This document shows, piece after piece, positions 58,950 to 64,000 of a DNA stretch of 64,000 nucleotides. The notes under the pieces were generated by a model. The model had not been told where the DNA came from. It worked only from the letters and a program-made list of their open reading frames with translations, and ran no database searches. Position 1 is the first letter of the stretch; each line of letters begins with the position of its first letter. The stretch is from Klebsormidium nitens. Lineage: Eukaryota > Plantae > Klebsormidiophyceae. A program made the position numbers and the translations under genes. The DNA is taken from positions 1 through 64,000 of the forward strand of contig DF236976.1 in assembly GCA_000708835.1 (NCBI GenBank), in the 5' to 3' direction.

Positions 58950-61900
58950 CTAGATGAGGCCTTGTCTCTGCAGGTCGGTGTACTCCTTCTTGTTGTACAC
59001 GTTGCCCTGGCTGTCCTCGTACTCCTCCTCCACGTCGGGCTTCCAAACCGCCGTCCCCGACTTCTCCTGCATCGCTTTATGCAGGGCCAGAGCATCCTGC
59101 AAGCGTCAGCGGAAAGAAAATGTCAGCACACAAGGACTTGTAGCGAGCCCGGGGCCGTGGAATGCAAGATCATCGGACTGACCCAGGAGCAGGAAGTCGA
59201 CGTCGGCTCGGCAAGACGAGGTTGGAGCGTCCGATCAGATTTACGGTGCGCTCGGACTTACGATTTGACTGCCAATATCTTTAGGGCGCAACCGGATAGA
59301 AGCGGGTTGTCCTCCCAAAAGAAGAGCAAGTGCAAAGGGTGTGAGAAATGACATATGGCAGGAAGAAACGTCCCGCCAAACAAAACTCCCGACTTCAGTG
59401 CAGACTTGTTGAACACCGTGAGGCTACCAGGCACTTCTGTTTGGTCCCCACAAGCAAAGAGAGATGGGTCCGTACCGCGATGACGGTGATCTCGTTGAAC
59501 TGCTTGGTGTTGGGGATCCCCAGCACCTTCATGCCGTGCTGGTGCTGCCACTCCCGGAAGTGCCGCTCGTACGCGCGCCGGCCCCAGTAGCTCGCGTCGC
59601 CGCAGATCTCACACCGGAACTCCTGCGAAGCAAGATATAGCTGTTGATAAACTTCTGTGAGGCTCGTGTCAAAAACCAGGTGTCCTAAGAGCGGAGCTGT
59701 TATACAGAAAATATTGTCTGCCAGACATTTCAGCGCTCAGCCCATCAAGACCTACCTTCGTGTTGCACGATGATCGGACCAACATCCGCGAGAGGCCCAC
59801 GTGAGCATTCCCGATCTCCACTTCTAGGACAAAGTCTCAAAAAGACTCCGCCAGCAACTTCAAAACGCCCGACCAAAGGGAGGTTACGCTGCGATGTCAG
59901 ATCGAGTCTCTGCCAGAACCGGCATATAGCTAAGAGTTTTCTGCGAACCCTACACTGCGCCTTTTGGCATCCTCTTTGTCGACCAGCGGGACTAGTACCA
60001 AGTTGTTCGCACACTCGTCGAAATGAAACCGGTCAAAATTCCCAAGCACTTTTTACCCCCCCAGGTCGAGCGTCCTCCTCACCCGGTTGGGCCCGTGCAG
60101 CTTGTAGAGGCGACATCACAATCAGCAATAAAAGAACCAGCACATACTTCTCAAGCTTGAACGTCATGACCCCCCCATATCGACCGTGTCTCACCTGGTT
60201 GAGCCCGTGCAGCTTGTAGAGCCAGTACGGGATGGGCTTCCCGTCGGGCCCCATGGGCAGCTTGAGCGGGTTGTAGATCTGCTCGTCGTCCTCGTCGCTC
60301 TCCTCGCCCCCGCTCGCGTCCTGCTCCTCCAGGTCCTTGTCTTGCTCCTCCGCAGTCTGCGCGTACTTCATCTCCACGTGGCCCCGCGTGTCGGAGATCA
60401 CCTGCGGGAGATAAAATGACGCAGATGCTTTGTTGGGTGCCGCTCCAACAGTTTGACACTCTGAACGGTTGATCGCCCATCCTTGCTTTATCGTTCGAAG
60501 CTCTAAGCACTGGATTGGCTTCCAGACGTCACTAGCTTTCTGGGGTTGCAGGTCCGCTTTGGAGGCGGCCAACTCCTCCAACTGCACAGTAGAATCCGAC
60601 TGAAAGACCAACCAATCAATATCCGATTCTCGACAAGGCGGGCGTCTGTCTGTCAACCCTTTTAGAAAACCGCACAGCAGAAGCAAAGAAACGCAGGCTA
60701 GGCTGTGCTGCCGCCCTGGCCGCACAACATTCTCATTAGACACCTTGCTTGGTCTTTTAAGCCTACAAATCCGATTTGTAACTCACAAGACGCCGGAGTC
60801 TCAGTGCTCACGTGCGATACTGTAGCATTGGATCGATCTGTCCCGTGACAGTGTTCAAATCAGGCGTTTGAATATCAGCATCAACCCTGATCTGACAACT
60901 GCATGCAGTTGCTGACAGGCTAGCCCCGAGCAATCAGTGGGGGCAACCCCTCCTGGCGGGACAGTGTTGGCACTGTTGGTCTCTCTCAGCAAAGGTAGGC
61001 CAGACTGCTGATCAGTCAGCAATCTAGATGGAACTTTGCTTGTGCATCGCTCTCATATGGGCGAAATACGAGCTGGCTCATGGCCTGAACCCTGACCTTT
61101 TCCATACTCCCGGAAATTTGTCGTCAGCAATTGTCACCTGTTTCAGCAGCTCGCAGAACTTGCGCACTTGCGCCTCCTGCAGCGCCGTCTCGTACGCCCC
61201 CTTTTCCCGCCCCGCGTCGCCCCCCCCGTTCGCCTGCGCCCCTTTCTTCGGCGGCCGCCGCCCCTTCGCAAAGTGCTTTGCGTCCAACTCTTCCAGCGGG
61301 GTATCCTTCAGCAGCAAGAGCCGGGCCGCGCGCTGCTCGGGCGTCCCCCCCACTTTCAACCCGAAATGTTCCAGCGTCTCCTTGATCCGTTCTGTGCCCA
61401 CTTCGAGCAGCTCCTGGACGGAGTCGTACGCTTCCACGTCGAGCACGTTTTCAGACGCTTTCGGCCCCGCTTCGGACGCGCCTTCCCATCCCGGGACTGT
61501 GCCGGCTGCCCATTGGTTTTGGAACTCTGCCTCAACCTTGGACAAAAGTTGGGTTACGTCTTTGAGCGGTTCCGTGCGCTCATAGAAGGAGCGGAGGTAG
61601 GCCAGGAGAGAGGAAAGGTAGTCGCGGTATTGCCTGCAAGGGGGGGGAGGGATGCAGCATACATCAGCTTGATTTGAAGTCCAAATGTCAAGTGATTTTC
61701 ATTCACCCGGTTCTTCGATTATTGACGGTACTCACCGAGTGGAACACAAGGTCGGTTTAGTAACATAACAATCACGTTGACAACCATTCCGCTCAAGGTG
61801 GGGAATCGGAAGGACCGCTGCAAAGGACGCCAAAGCCAACACAGACCCGGAAAACGACAAGAGCTCATGCGCACTCACTTGCTCGACTTGAAGTGTCGTG

Positions 61901-63260
61901 GGATGCTATCCAATTGATGGAACGTGTCCAGGTACCGCATGTACTCGCGCTCCTCCTCGTCCCCATCCTTTGGTCCAAACTTGGCGTTGATGAATGCGGC
62001 GTGCAACTCGTGCAGATCCAGAAAGCGCCCCAGCGCCTCCTCCCCCGTGAAGTAGACGGGCGGCTCTGCTTTGATATGTGCATCGAGATCCTCCTGCTCA
62101 ACCGTGCGCGCGCTTGGGTGGCGCCGGTGGTAATCACGAATCTGCACAAGAGAGAGGAGAGGTCCGATTGCAGAGACAGATGCGAGAGCAACGGCGAAAC
62201 CGTAGACCCTTGTTCCGAGTACGGGTTTCAAGCAGTTCCGGACATAGGGGACTGCTGTCCATTGCAGTTAGCGAGTGGGTGGCAACAAACAGTGTCTTGG
62301 GTGGAAACTTGCGAGACACACCCGAGTTCCTGCTTACTCCTTGGTTGAGGGGGGAGAGGCTCCGTCATTTGGACACGAGCGTGCCGTTTCGTAGAGTTGC
62401 AGGGCAAGTCAAAGGCACCTCCTTCGGTCAAGCTTGCCATATAGCTGGCTCTTAGAATCAAGTTGTCAAAGGTGGTTGGGGATGCAATGTTTACCTCTTT
62501 CATACGATCATAGTAGGCGCTAAAGACATTCTGGTTTTCCGCTTGCAGCCCCCCGAGGGCAGCAATCTCCTCCTTCCTGGCGCCATCCGCATCCTCGTAG
62601 ATCTCAACCTGTACCCATAAACACCGGATGAGGGAAGAGGCCAACACTCCGTTGGTAACACGTCATTCTCAAAGACCGTTAGTGTGTAGTAGCTTTCGCG
62701 ACTCTGCCTACTCTGCAGAAAAAGCCCACACGATTTGGAAAAACTATTATGCCTGGATTACTGGTTTGTACGGATATTTGTGCACGGGCGATCTAAGCAA
62801 AAGTCCCATGCCCCGGCAACAGAACTCGATGCCTCCAACACATGAGCTTGAGTCGCAACCCATTCAGCGCAAAGACTTGCGGCTGCAAACAAGGCTGAGC
62901 GGAACGAGGCCAAGCAAAGGGATGTCAGAATCGTAAAGAAATGCACCCTAATGTCAGAATTGTAAAAGAAAAAAGCAGAATGAACGGCCGGGAAAGAAAT
63001 TTTCCAGCAGCAAACAGAGACTTCATATGCAGCACAAGCAACATCTTCTGACTGGTCGTCACCAAACACGAGCAGATTCTCACCAGCTTTCCGCTCGTGC
63101 TCGCTATTGCTTCCAAGAATCCCTTGACTCGGTGCCCTTGGTATAGCTTGTCCTTGTGAGCCTGCGACTCATTTGTCAGCCAGTCCCGGGCAATTAGACG
63201 CTCTAGCTTCTCAATTTCCTCGTGGTGAGCCCGCGTCTGCTCCAGTAGGGTGGACGACAT
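58950..63260 (-). CDS. SF3A3: Splicing factor 3A subunit 3 (SF3a60/Prp9/ATROPOS homologue; ~516 aa, 7 exons)
   Basis: Exons 63260-63084, 62608-62495, 62141-61879, 61633-61138, 60401-60195, 59622-59476, 59096-58950 join in frame. [37 protein letters not shown]-like [58 protein letters not shown] zinc finger and DLQRQGLI*. Confidence 0.96.
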
Positions 63261-64000
63261 GACAAATGAGAAACCAGTCCAAAGAGCGTATAGCGTGCAA
63301 TGAAGAGCTGATGAGCTCGAGAAAAGCGCCCTCCCTCATGCGTGTGCTTATTAACACCCTGACTTTTGCCCCTCCTTTGCCGGGCACCATATCATTATCC
63401 CCCCACATATTTTAGCTTGAACCTATCTAGAGCGTGGTCGAATCGGAGTCGACAAGCTAGATTGATCCCGGCGGTCCGACGCTTGATGGTATTGGTAGAA
63501 GAACCATTAACGCGGCTGGCCGCGGCCGGGCGGCCGCCCGCCAGCCTGGCAACCGACTCGACCGGTCGGATGGTCACCGGACGTCATCGTGCCGTGATCA
63601 ATATGAGTCACGTAATTAATGAAGAGGCAACTTTTTGCGGGATGATGCCCGCGACATGATGCCTCCGTGAACTGCGGAAAATATGACATGGATCCCCAAC
63701 GTCATATGAGGGACAATCTGAAAATAGAAAGGTAAAGACGACGACTGTAAAAGCCTGACGAAGAGAACTCAAAACTTTTAGATAGGACAAGATTTTGAAG
63801 CCAGGTACAAGACTGGGACTGGCAGAGCTCAATGCCCGGCGAAAATCGTTCCCAGCATTTTCGATTCGGACCCGTCTCGAGAGCATCCGCCGAGCTAGGA
63901 GCTATAAATTCAGCAGACTTTGAACCCCGCCTATATCGGCGGAACGGAAAATCTTGGGCCGATTTGGTGTCAGGCCATGGGCCATGTCAGATCGCCGGAT

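Noticed and set aside
60033-60743. 236-aa ORF as a separate gene
   Set aside because: It is SF3A3 exon 5 read through into both flanking introns.
60897-60912. 16-bp perfect palindrome CAACTGCATGCAGTTG and nearby short hairpins as an intronic snoRNA
   Set aside because: No convincing C/D or H/ACA box arrangement was found, and isolated palindromes of this size are weak evidence.
63500-64000. GC-rich palindromic stretch after a TTAA as another transposon end
   Set aside because: No matching inverted end lies within the window, so it cannot be assessed.

Overview
Eukaryotic nuclear DNA with GT-AG introns and GC-rich exons. The plant-type HSP101, cytosolic FBPase and PP2A B'' genes suggest a streptophyte alga, probably Klebsormidium-like (inference, no database search). 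Bases 1-8.5 kb hold decayed elements: an LTR-retrotransposon gag remnant split by a TTAA-flanked DNA transposon, a second TTAA-flanked foldback element, frameshifted gene relics and an A6C microsatellite. Nine intact spliced genes follow, each built by hand with open-frame exon joins: HSP101/ClpB (-), cytosolic FBPase (+), PP2A B'' (+), three FUT8/GT23-like glycosyltransferase genes (-, +, -), a ~2130-aa tail-anchored coiled-coil protein (+), a MYND-finger protein (+) and SF3A3/Prp9 (-). Best leads: (1) a GT23-like cluster with two subtypes, A and B, present both as separate genes and as an A-B fusion whose A domain has an altered donor-binding motif and a ~190-aa insert with RRxL-like protease motifs; (2) a head-to-head HSP101/FBPase promoter with three heat-shock-element blocks; (3) a piggyBac-like element with asymmetric hairpin ends whose removal restores a gag zinc knuckle; (4) duplicated exon fragments that may act as poison or decoy splice sites in the SF3A3 and MYND genes.
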